A DNA stretch of 32,000 nt from Pseudarthrobacter sp. SSS035 (GCF_023273875.1 NZ_CP096882.1:1209495-1241494); one strand, 5' to 3'; counted from the first letter of the stretch, positions 1-8,059 are shown. Made by a program: numbers and translations. Notes: generated by a model not told the origin, from the sequence alone.

Positions 1-1
1 A

Positions 2-478
2 GCCGGCCGGCCCGTGGTGCAGATCAATACGGGAGCGGGCTGCCACCTGGACGCCGATATGCTCCGCCGCGGACTCGACGCGCTCGATCCCCAGATGGGT
101 TCCACCGTTTTTATCGAGAACGTGGGAAACCTCGTCTGCCCGGCCCTGTTTGATCTGGGCGAAGCAGCGAAAGTAGTAGTTGTCTCAGTAACGGAAGGTG
201 ATGACAAACCGCAGAAATACCCGCACATGTTCATGGCAGCTGACCTGGTGATCATCAACAAGTCGGACCTGCTCCCCTACGTCGAGTTCGACGTCGACGC
301 CTGCGTTCGCCGCATCCGTCGCCTGAATGCCCACGCGCAATTCCTGGTCCTCTCGGCCACTACCGGCGACGGCCTTGCCGCCTGGTATGACTGGCTGGAC
401 GGCCGCCCCTCCCGGACAGAGACCCGCGCAGGGTCTTTGGCAGGGCCTCTCGAAGAGTCCCTGACAGACGCACACTGA
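2..478 (+). CDS. hypB: HypB hydrogenase nickel-incorporation GTPase, C-terminal part (5' end lies outside the window)
   Basis: The reading frame is open to the window edge. The translation (VFIENVGNLVCPALFDLGE...VIINKSDLLPYVEFD...) matches the HypB/UreG-type GTPase core, including the NKxD box (INKSDL). It ends 31 nt upstream of the hydrogenase structural genes. Confidence 0.9.
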   Translation, partial: AGRPVVQINTGAGCHLDADMLRRGLDALDPQMGSTVFIENVGNLVCPALFDLGEAAKVVVVSVTEGDDKPQKYPHMFMAADLVIINKSDLLPYVEFDVDACVRRIRRLNAHAQFLVLSATTGDGLAAWYDWLDGRPSRTETRAGSLAGPLEESLTDAH

Positions 479-509
479 GCCCCCTCACGGGCCGCGGAAA
501 GAGGCACCG

Positions 510-1568
510 ATGCCTACCGAAACTTCCCTCAGGGCCGAAGAAACCCTGATTCACGTGCTCTGGATCAACGCAGGGCTGAGCTGCGACGGCGATTCCGTCG
601 CCCTGACAGCGGCTACCCAGCCCAGCGTGGAGGAGATCGCGCTCGGTGCCCTGCCCGGCCTGCCCCGCATTGCCATGCACTGGCCCCTGATCGATTTCGA
701 ATGCGGCCCCCAGGAAGGCGCGGACGACTTCCTCGAGTGGTTCCGCAAGGCGGACCGCGGCGAGCTGGAGCCGTTCGTACTCGTGGTGGAGGGCTCCATC
801 CCCAACGAGAAACTCCATGATCCCGGCGGCTACTGGTGCGGCTTCGGCAACGATCTGGCTACCGGCCAGCCGATCACCACAAGCGAGTGGCTGGACCGGC
901 TGGCACCCAAGGCCACGGCCATCATCGCCGCAGGCACGTGCGCAACGTACGGCGGCATCCATGCAATGGCGGGAAACCCCACCGGCGCCATGGGCGTCCC
1001 CGACTACCTGGGCTATGACTGGAAGTCCAAGGCCGGCATTCCGATCGTCTGCGTGCCCGGGTGCCCCATCCAGCCGGACAACCTCTCCGAAACCATGACC
1101 TACCTGCTGTACCAGGCCACCGGACAGGCCCCGATGATCCCGCTGGATGATGCGCTGCGGCCCACCTGGCTGTTCGGCAAGACGGTCCATGAAGGCTGTG
1201 ACCGGGCAGGCTATTACGAGCAGGGAGACTTCGCCACCGAGTACGGCTCCCCCAAGTGCATCGTCAAGCTCGGATGCTGGGGCCCGGTGGTCAAGTGCAA
1301 CGTGCCCAAGCGCGGCTGGATGAACGGGATCGGCGGCTGCCCCAACGTTGGCGGCATCTGCATCGGCTGCACCATGCCGGGCTTCCCGGACAAGTTCATG
1401 CCGTTTATGGACGAGCCACCCGGCGGCAAGCTCTCAACCAGCACCATCCGCCCTTACGGCGCCGCCATCAGGGCGCTGCGCGGCATCACGACCCACACGC
1501 TGGACCAGGAGCCCAAGTGGCGCCGGCCCGGCACCGAACTGCTGACCGGCGCACGGCGCACGTGGTAA
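510..1568 (+). CDS. hhyS: [NiFe]-hydrogenase small subunit, group 1h/5 (actinobacterial high-affinity type)
   Basis: ATG start with GAAAGAGG upstream; 352 aa. Cys-rich FeS-ligand pattern (GTCATYGG, CVPGCP, GCWGPVVKCNVP, GGCPNVGGICIGC). The N-terminus has no twin-arginine signal. The proximal-cluster motif reads LSCDGDS instead of the canonical CxGC. It lies immediately upstream of the large subunit. Confidence 0.92.
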   Translation: MPTETSLRAEETLIHVLWINAGLSCDGDSVALTAATQPSVEEIALGALPGLPRIAMHWPLIDFECGPQEGADDFLEWFRKADRGELEPFVLVVEGSIPNEKLHDPGGYWCGFGNDLATGQPITTSEWLDRLAPKATAIIAAGTCATYGGIHAMAGNPTGAMGVPDYLGYDWKSKAGIPIVCVPGCPIQPDNLSETMTYLLYQATGQAPMIPLDDALRPTWLFGKTVHEGCDRAGYYEQGDFATEYGSPKCIVKLGCWGPVVKCNVPKRGWMNGIGGCPNVGGICIGCTMPGFPDKFMPFMDEPPGGKLSTSTIRPYGAAIRALRGITTHTLDQEPKWRRPGTELLTGARRTW

Positions 1569-1595
1569 TCCCCTCTTTCCAGACAGGTGAAGAAC

Positions 1596-3389
1596 ATGAC
1601 TTCAACGATTCCTATGCCGTCCGGGAGCGGGACGGACAACAGCAACCTGGTGGAGATGGCCTGGGATCCCATCACCAGGATTGTGGGCAGCCTGGGCATC
1701 TATACCAAAATCGATTTTGCGAACAACCAGGTGGTGGAGTGCAAGAGCACGTCCTCGATCTTCCGCGGATACTCCATCTTTATGAAGGGCAAGGACCCGC
1801 GGGACGCCCACTTCATCACCAGCCGCATCTGCGGAATCTGCGGCGACAACCACGCCACCTGTTCCTGCTACACGCAGAACATGGCCTACGGCGTGAAGCC
1901 ACCGAACCTGGGCGAATGGATCGTCAACCTGGGCGAGGCCGCCGAGTACATGTTTGATCACAACATCTTCCAGGAAAACCTGGTGGGCGTGGACTACTGC
2001 GAAAGGATGGTCTCCGAGACCAACCCCGGCGTCCTGGCCAAGGCAGAAAATACCCGGGCCCCGCATGAAGGCGACCACGGCTACCGAACCATCGCGGACA
2101 TCATGCGCTCGCTGAATCCGTTCACTGGCGAGTTCTACCGCGAGGCCCTGCAGGTCAGCCGGGCCACCCGCGAGATGTTCTGCCTGATGGAAGGCCGCCA
2201 CGTGCACCCGTCCACGCTCTACCCCGGCGGCGTGGGGACCGTGGCTACCATCCAGCTCATGACGGACTACATCACCCGGCTCATGCGGTACGTGGAGTTC
2301 ATGAAGAAGGTCGTGCCGATGCATGACGACCTCTTCGATTTCTTCTACGAGGCGCTCCCTGGCTACGAACAGGTAGGCCTGCGCCGGACCCTGCTTGGCT
2401 GCTGGGGTTCCCTCCAGGACCCTGACTACTGCAACTTCGAGTACAAGGACATGACCCAGTGGGGCCGGAAGATGTTCGTCACCCCGGGCGTGGTGGTGGA
2501 CGGCAAGCTCGTCACCACGGACCTGGTCCGCATCAACCTGGGCATCCGGATCATGCTGGGTTCCTCCTACTACGAGGACTGGGAAGACCAGGAGATGTTT
2601 GTGACCCGCGATCCGCTGGGCAACCCGGTGGACCGCCGCCATCCCTGGAACCAGCACACCAATCCGCGGCCGCAGAAGAGGGACCTGAAGGAGAAGTACA
2701 GCTGGGTGATGTCCCCGCGCTGGTTCGACGGCGAGAACAACCTGGCGCTGGACACCGGCGGCGGCCCGCTGGCGCGGCTCTGGGCCACGTCACTGGCCGG
2801 GCTGGTGGACATCGGCTACATCAAGGCAACCGGCAAGAGCGTCCAGATCAACCTCCCCAAGACCGCCCTCAAAGGTCCTGTTTCCTTTGAATGGAACATC
2901 CCGCAGTGGAGCAACACCCTGGAACGCAACCGCGCCCGTACGTACTTCCAGGCCTATGCGGCTGCGGCGGCGCTGCACTTCGCCGAGAAGGCGCTGGAGG
3001 AAATCCGGGCCGGCCGGACCAAGACCTGGGAGTCGTTCACCGTTCCGGACGAGGCCATCGGCTGCGGCTTCACCGAAGCGGTCCGCGGCGTCCTGTCGCA
3101 CCACATGGTGATCCGGGACGGCAAGATCGCCAACTACCACCCGTACCCTCCGACACCCTGGAACGCCAGCCCCACAGACTCGTCCGGGACCCCCGGCCCC
3201 TACGAGGATGCGGTGCAGGGCCAGCCGATCTTCGAAGAGAACGACCGCGAGCACTTCAAGGGGATCGACATCATGCGGACTGTCCGGAGCTTCGACCCGT
3301 GCCTGCCGTGCGGTGTCCACATGTATCTGGGCAACGGCCAGACCCTGGAAATGCTGCACTCACCCACCCAGACCCTAACCGGCGAGTAA
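1596..3389 (+). CDS. hhyL: [NiFe]-hydrogenase large subunit, group 1h/5
   Basis: N-terminal Ni-binding motif TSRICGICGDNH and C-terminal SFDPCLPCGVH, which are the signatures I recall for group 5/1h. The ORF track starts at GTG 1587. I prefer ATG 1596, which has AGGTGA 5 nt upstream. Confidence 0.93.
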   Translation: MTSTIPMPSGSGTDNSNLVEMAWDPITRIVGSLGIYTKIDFANNQVVECKSTSSIFRGYSIFMKGKDPRDAHFITSRICGICGDNHATCSCYTQNMAYGVKPPNLGEWIVNLGEAAEYMFDHNIFQENLVGVDYCERMVSETNPGVLAKAENTRAPHEGDHGYRTIADIMRSLNPFTGEFYREALQVSRATREMFCLMEGRHVHPSTLYPGGVGTVATIQLMTDYITRLMRYVEFMKKVVPMHDDLFDFFYEALPGYEQVGLRRTLLGCWGSLQDPDYCNFEYKDMTQWGRKMFVTPGVVVDGKLVTTDLVRINLGIRIMLGSSYYEDWEDQEMFVTRDPLGNPVDRRHPWNQHTNPRPQKRDLKEKYSWVMSPRWFDGENNLALDTGGGPLARLWATSLAGLVDIGYIKATGKSVQINLPKTALKGPVSFEWNIPQWSNTLERNRARTYFQAYAAAAALHFAEKALEEIRAGRTKTWESFTVPDEAIGCGFTEAVRGVLSHHMVIRDGKIANYHPYPPTPWNASPTDSSGTPGPYEDAVQGQPIFEENDREHFKGIDIMRTVRSFDPCLPCGVHMYLGNGQTLEMLHSPTQTLTGE

Positions 3390-3395
3390 CCTGCC

Positions 3396-4328
3396 ATGCC
3401 CGGCGCGGACCGGCCGCTGCAGACCGGCGAACTGCAGCCCGGCGAACGGATCGGCACGCTCCTCGACGCCCTCGGCGCCGGCGGGGCGGTGGCCCGCGGC
3501 CGTGCCGAAGACCTGGTACGCCAGGTCACCGACATGTACGGCTCGGGGCTGGAACGCATCCTGGAAATCCTCGATGAGCAGGGAAAGCTCGACGACGGGA
3601 CGCTGGCGGCGCTCGCCTCCGACGAGCTGGTGTCCGGTCTGCTGATCATCCACGGCCTGCATCCCGAGTCGATGGAGACGAGGGTGGCCGGCGCCCTGGA
3701 CAGCGTCCGGCCGTACCTGGGCTCCCACGGCGGGGACGTGGAACTGCTGGGCATCAGCCCGGAGGGCGTGGTGCGGTTGAAGCTCCTCGGCACCTGCCAG
3801 GGCTGCCCGTCGTCGTCCGTCACCTTGAAGTTCGCCGTCGAAGAGGCGATTGAAACAGCGGCCCCGGAGGTGACGGCCATCGAAGTGGTGGAAGCGGAAA
3901 AGCACGCCGCCACCCCTGCCTTCATCCCCCTGGACTCCCTGCTGGTCCGGCTGGACAGCAGAGACCAGCCGGAAGGGTCTTGGGAGCCGGTCCCCGGCGT
4001 GGCCGACCTGGAACCCGGCGAGGTGGCCGGGTTCCAGGTGGGCGGCTATTCGCTGCTGGCCTGCCGGACCGGGCAGGACGTCTACGCCTACCGGGACCAC
4101 TGCCCGCGCTGCGACGGGTCCATGGCGGGCGCCGCCCTGCAGCGCGCCCTCGCCGCCCCCACCGGCGGCGGTCTGCTCCGCTGCCCCACGTGCCGCGCAC
4201 ACTTCGACGTCCGCCAGGCCGGCTCCTGCCTTGAAGACCGGAGCCTGCACCTGGACCCGCTCCCGCTGCTCGTGCGGAGCGGCGTGATGTCCGTGGCCGT
4301 GCCGGTTGCGGCCGGAAAGGGCGGCTGA
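3396..4328 (+). CDS. Hydrogenase-cluster protein: NifU-like (Nfu C-terminal type) domain fused to a Rieske-like/zinc-ribbon Cys4 domain
   Basis: ATG 6 nt after the hhyL stop. The central region (VRPYLGSHGGDVELLGI...LLGTCQGCPSS) is the classic NifU C-terminal CxxC motif. The C-terminal part carries HCPRC...(about 35 aa)...CPTCRAHF, arranged like a Rieske site but with Cys replacing His. Confidence 0.75.
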   Translation: MPGADRPLQTGELQPGERIGTLLDALGAGGAVARGRAEDLVRQVTDMYGSGLERILEILDEQGKLDDGTLAALASDELVSGLLIIHGLHPESMETRVAGALDSVRPYLGSHGGDVELLGISPEGVVRLKLLGTCQGCPSSSVTLKFAVEEAIETAAPEVTAIEVVEAEKHAATPAFIPLDSLLVRLDSRDQPEGSWEPVPGVADLEPGEVAGFQVGGYSLLACRTGQDVYAYRDHCPRCDGSMAGAALQRALAAPTGGGLLRCPTCRAHFDVRQAGSCLEDRSLHLDPLPLLVRSGVMSVAVPVAAGKGG

Positions 4329-4329
4329 C

Positions 4330-5001
4330 GTGGAGGGGCCCGGCCTGCCCGTTGCGCTGCTGCGCCGGATCGCCGCCGCACGGCCGGCGGCGCCCGCCGG
4401 CGAGCGCTGCGAAATGTGCGGGGAGCCCATCGCGGCCGAACACCAGCACGTGGTGGACCTGGACAGCCACGCCATGATGTGCACGTGCCGGCCGTGCTAC
4501 CTGCTTTTCACGGACAGCAACGCCCACCTCCGGTACCGCTCGGTGCCGGACCGGTACCTGTCCTTCCCCGATTTTGAGCTTGGCCCCGGCCAATGGGACG
4601 AGCTGGAGATACCCGTGGGACTGGCATTCTTCTTCCGCAGTTCCAGGATGGAGCGGACGGTTGCGTTTTATCCCGGCCCCGCCGGCGCCACCGAATCCGA
4701 GCTGCCCCTGGACGCGTGGGATGCCGTTATGGTGCAGAATCCCGCCCTGTCCCTTGCAGCTCCGGACACCGAGGCGCTCCTGATCCGTGGACCAGGCAAC
4801 GACCGTCCCGAGGCCGATTGCCACTTGGTCCCCGTGGACGCCTGCTATGAACTGGTAGGCCACCTGCGGCGGCTGTGGCGGGGGTTCGACGGCGGCCAGG
4901 AGGCCCGCAACCAGCTCACCGCGTTCTTCGACAAGGTCAGCGGCCGCAGCAAGCCGGTCCACGAAACCACGCGCAAGTCAGCGTCCGGAGGCCCGCAGTG
5001 A
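4330..5001 (+). CDS. Conserved hydrogenase-cluster hypothetical protein with a CxxC...CxCxxC motif (I recall the label DUF5947 but cannot verify it here)
   Basis: Same-frame ORF 4306-5001. Position 4306 is TTG, while GTG 4330 has GGAAAGGG 6-15 nt upstream and sits 1 nt after the previous stop. Motif: CEMCGEPIAAEHQHVVDLDSHAMMCTCRPCYLLF. Amino-acid composition looks like a real gene. Confidence 0.75.
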   Translation: MEGPGLPVALLRRIAAARPAAPAGERCEMCGEPIAAEHQHVVDLDSHAMMCTCRPCYLLFTDSNAHLRYRSVPDRYLSFPDFELGPGQWDELEIPVGLAFFFRSSRMERTVAFYPGPAGATESELPLDAWDAVMVQNPALSLAAPDTEALLIRGPGNDRPEADCHLVPVDACYELVGHLRRLWRGFDGGQEARNQLTAFFDKVSGRSKPVHETTRKSASGGPQ

Positions 5002-5741
5002 TTGCGCTGGCGTTCGAGGTCCTGGACATCCAGCCCGAACCGTACGCGGCGGCACCCCAGCTCACGGCGACCTTGCGGGTGACCGAGTCCACCGGCGCCG
5101 CTGTGCACGCGATCGCCCTGCGCTGCCAGGTCCGGATCCTGCCCCAGCGCCGCGGCTACTCGCCTGGTGAAGAGGCCGGCCTGCTGGACCTCTTCGGCGA
5201 GCGCAGGCGGTGGCCCACCACGCTGAAGTCCTTCCTCTGGCTGCAATGCAGCACCATGGTCCAGGGCTTCACCGGGGAAACCGAGGTGCGGCTGCCGCTG
5301 CCCTGCACCTTTGATTTCGACGTGTCCGCGGCCAAATACCTGCAGTCCCTGCGTGACGGAATTGTCCCGCTGGAGCTGCTGTTCTCCGGCACGGTCTTTA
5401 CCCGGGGCGAGGCCGGCTTCGGCGTGGAACAGGTGCCCTGGGACCTCGAAGCTCCGTACCGGCTTCCCGTGGACGCCTGGCGCCGGCTGATGGACCAGTA
5501 CTTCCCCAACACCGGTTGGCTCCGCCTGGACCGGGACGTACTGGCCGCCCTGTCGCACTACAAGGCGGCCCGCGGCCTGACGTCGTGGGACGCCACGGTG
5601 GAGAGCCTGCTGGCGGACGCCGCAGCTGTGTCCCCCGCCGCGGTATCCCGGGCAGCGGCAGTCCCGGCGGCGGCAGTCCCGGCGGCGGCAGCCCGGGCAG
5701 CGGCGTCCCAGCCAGCCCTGTCAGGAGACGCTCTGCCATGA
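4998..5741 (+). CDS. Conserved hydrogenase-cluster hypothetical protein (I recall the label DUF6084, unverified) with an Ala-rich pentapeptide-repeat tail
   Basis: GTG 4998 overlaps the upstream stop as GTGA. The translation (VIALAFEVLDIQPEPYAAAPQLTATLRV...) has normal composition. The tracked ORF start at 4875 would overlap the previous gene by 127 nt and adds an Arg/Pro-rich extension, so I rejected it. Confidence 0.7.
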   Translation: MIALAFEVLDIQPEPYAAAPQLTATLRVTESTGAAVHAIALRCQVRILPQRRGYSPGEEAGLLDLFGERRRWPTTLKSFLWLQCSTMVQGFTGETEVRLPLPCTFDFDVSAAKYLQSLRDGIVPLELLFSGTVFTRGEAGFGVEQVPWDLEAPYRLPVDAWRRLMDQYFPNTGWLRLDRDVLAALSHYKAARGLTSWDATVESLLADAAAVSPAAVSRAAAVPAAAVPAAAARAAASQPALSGDALP

Positions 5742-7159
5742 ACATGAGCCTGAGCCTGGCCCGCGCCGTGGCCGATGCCGTCCTTTACGAGGGCTACCTG
5801 CTCTACCCGTACCGCGCGTCCTCGCAGAAGAACCAGGCCCGCTGGCAGTTCGGCATCCTCGGCCCGCCAGGCGCTGCCGCGGCCGGCACCGGCGAGGAAC
5901 CGGATATGTTCGCGGACTGCCTGCTCACCCCGGGCCAGCACGCCGCCATCGAAATCCATCTGCGCTTCCTGCAGCTCCAGAGCCGGTCCGCCGAGAAAAT
6001 GGACGACGACGGCGGGTTCACGGCGGTTGATGAACTTACGGTCGGCGCCTCCCGCTGGCTGAGCTGGGACGAGGCAGCCGAACGGGAAGTCACGCTGGGA
6101 CCGTTCCCCGTCGCAGGGCTCAGCGAGCCTGGGACCGTTCTGCCCGTGGAGGTGCCCGGCGGCGAGGACATCGAGGAACTCCGTGACGCCTCGGGGCGGC
6201 TGGCTGGGAGACTGGTCCGCCGTCGTCGTCCGCTGCAGGGTGAGGTGAGGCTGGCAGCTTCGCCTGCCGGCGGGCCACTGGTCAGGCTGCGCGTCGGGGC
6301 CGCCAATGGGGCTGCGAATGGCTGGACGGATAGCTGGACCAGACAGCACGCCATCGCGGAATCCTTCATCGGCACGCACCTGCTGCTGAGCCTCCAAGAC
6401 GCGGACTTTGTTTCCCTGCTTGAGCCGCCACCGAGCGCCCAGGCCGCTGCGGCCACCTGCACGCAGCACCGGTGCTGGCCCGTCCTGGCCGGTCCGGACG
6501 GGCAGTCGGACGTGCTGCTGGTATCCCCGATCATCCTCTACGACCATCCGGCGGTGGCCCAGGAAAGTTCGGTGGCGCTGTACGACTCCACCGAAATCGA
6601 CGAGATCCTCACACTGCGCGTGCTGACCCTCACCGAGGAGGAGAAGGCCGAAGCCCGCGCCACGGATCCACGGGCCGCAGCCATCATCGACCGGTGCGAG
6701 GCCATGTCCCCGGCGGAGCTGCAGCAGCTGCACGGCATCCTGCGCAACCCGCGTGCCATGGACGGGGCTGAATTGGATGCCGCGTTGGACGAGGTCCCCC
6801 GCGTTGGGGAACTCCAATCCGGACGCCCCGGAGAGGAAGCCGCGTGGTGGACACCCGAAGCCGAAGCCCTGGTCCAGCCGCACCTGGATGCCGTCCTGAT
6901 CAACGGGGTTCCGGTGGCCCGGGGCAGCAGGGTCAGGGTGAATCCAAGCCGGCGCGCCGATGCCCAGGACCTGTTCTTCGCGGGGCAGACGGGACGCGTC
7001 ACCAACGTCCACTTCGATGTTGACGGCAGCACCCATGTGGGCCTGGTCCTCGACCAGGACCCCGCCGCGGACCTCCACGAGGGCTACGGCCGGTCCTTCT
7101 ATTACTCACCGGAAGAGCTCGAACCCCTGGGGCAGGATGGAAAGGAAAGCCCGCCATGA
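5738..7159 (+). CDS. Conserved hydrogenase-cluster hypothetical protein, 473 aa, no recognisable catalytic motif
   Basis: ATG 5738 overlaps the upstream stop as ATGA, with AGGAGA 10 nt upstream. The translation starts MNMSLSLARAVADAVLYEGYLLYPYRASSQKNQARWQFGILGP. The C-terminal 70 aa looks like a small beta domain (RVRVNPSRRADAQDLFFAGQTGRVTNVHFDVDG). Confidence 0.75.
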   Translation: MNMSLSLARAVADAVLYEGYLLYPYRASSQKNQARWQFGILGPPGAAAAGTGEEPDMFADCLLTPGQHAAIEIHLRFLQLQSRSAEKMDDDGGFTAVDELTVGASRWLSWDEAAEREVTLGPFPVAGLSEPGTVLPVEVPGGEDIEELRDASGRLAGRLVRRRRPLQGEVRLAASPAGGPLVRLRVGAANGAANGWTDSWTRQHAIAESFIGTHLLLSLQDADFVSLLEPPPSAQAAAATCTQHRCWPVLAGPDGQSDVLLVSPIILYDHPAVAQESSVALYDSTEIDEILTLRVLTLTEEEKAEARATDPRAAAIIDRCEAMSPAELQQLHGILRNPRAMDGAELDAALDEVPRVGELQSGRPGEEAAWWTPEAEALVQPHLDAVLINGVPVARGSRVRVNPSRRADAQDLFFAGQTGRVTNVHFDVDGSTHVGLVLDQDPAADLHEGYGRSFYYSPEELEPLGQDGKESPP

Positions 7160-7275
7160 GAATCATAGGAATGGCCACCGTAGCGTTGCTGGCGGCGTTG
7201 GCACTCGGCGCCGTGTACGTGGGGATCCGCTCGGTCCCGGATGTCCAGCGCTACCTAAAAGCGCGGCGCATGTGA
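7156..7275 (+). CDS. Small predicted single-pass membrane peptide (39 aa), absent from the supplied ORF track
   Basis: I translated it by hand: MRIIGMATVALLAALALGAVYVGIRSVPDVQRYLKARRM. ATG 7156 overlaps the upstream stop as ATGA, and the ORF ends 7 nt before the endopeptidase ATG. It has one hydrophobic helix followed by a basic tail. The track appears to omit ORFs under about 60 aa. Confidence 0.55.
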   Translation: MRIIGMATVALLAALALGAVYVGIRSVPDVQRYLKARRM

Positions 7276-7282
7276 GCCCGGA

Positions 7283-7783
7283 ATGACTGTGCTGGTGGCC
7301 GGCGTGGGCAACATGTTCATGCGCGACGACGGCTTCGGCCCGGAAGTCGCCCGCCGGCTGGCGTCGGAGGGGGGACTGCCGCCCGGCGTCGAGGTGGCTG
7401 ACTACGGCATCCGCGGCATGCACCTGGCGTACGACCTCCTGACCGGAGTGGACCTGCTGATCCTCGTGGATGCCGTCCCGCCCGAGCGGACCGAGCAAGA
7501 CGGGGCCCCCGGCAACCTCCGCGTGCTCCGGATCCGCAGCGAGGATCTCGACGCCGGCGCCGCCCTGGACCCGCACGGCATGGACCCTGCAGCCGTCCTG
7601 GGGAAGCTCCGATCGCTGGGCGGCGAAGTCCCCGTGACCTACGTGGTGGGCTGCGTTCCGGCCGACGTCACCGAGGGCATCGGCCTGACACCGTCCGTGT
7701 CCGCCGCCGTCCCGGCGGCGATGGTCGCCGTCGTCGATCTCCTCACCCAGCACACCTCCCAGCAGCCCCCCAAGCAGACCTAA
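7283..7783 (+). CDS. Hydrogenase maturation endopeptidase (HyaD/HupD/HybD family)
   Basis: The N-terminal sequence VLVAGVGNMFMRDDGFGPEVARRL is the family signature (GxGNxxxxDDGxG). 166 aa. Located within the hydrogenase operon. Confidence 0.9.
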   Translation: MTVLVAGVGNMFMRDDGFGPEVARRLASEGGLPPGVEVADYGIRGMHLAYDLLTGVDLLILVDAVPPERTEQDGAPGNLRVLRIRSEDLDAGAALDPHGMDPAAVLGKLRSLGGEVPVTYVVGCVPADVTEGIGLTPSVSAAVPAAMVAVVDLLTQHTSQQPPKQT

Positions 7784-7795
7784 GGCGGACCAACC

Positions 7796-8059
7796 ATGTG
7801 CCTCGGAATCCCCGGCCAGGTCATCGGCCCGATCGACGGCTACGGCGACCAGCTGGCCCTGGTGGACGTGGCCGGCGTACAGCGCAAGATCAACATCGGA
7901 CTCCTGGACGAAGGACCACTGCCTCCGGGCAGCTGGGTCCTGATCCACATGGGCTTCGCGCTCGAGCGGGTGGATCCTGCGGGCGCCGAACGGGCCATGA
8001 GCGGCCTGGAACTGATGGGCCAGCCACGGCAACCCGGCGACGACAGCCAAGGCGGTTAG
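7796..8059 (+). CDS. hypC: HypC/HybG/HupF hydrogenase assembly chaperone
   Basis: It starts MCLGIPGQV, with the essential Cys at position 2. 87 aa. It contains the ...GSWVLIHMGFAL... OB-fold motif. Confidence 0.92.
   Translation: MCLGIPGQVIGPIDGYGDQLALVDVAGVQRKINIGLLDEGPLPPGSWVLIHMGFALERVDPAGAERAMSGLELMGQPRQPGDDSQGG

Noticed and set aside
4875-4997. Upstream extensions of tracked ORFs: 4875 for the 4998 gene, 5516 for 5738, 15016 for 15856, 15936 for 15729, 18832 for 18784, 24796(-) for 24718, 30514 for 30415, 11269 for 11308, 4306 for 4330, 1587 for 1596.
   Set aside because: The extensions overlap neighbouring genes or promoters and have Arg/Pro/Gly-rich non-protein-like composition. Better starts with an RBS or a 4-nt stop/start overlap exist downstream.
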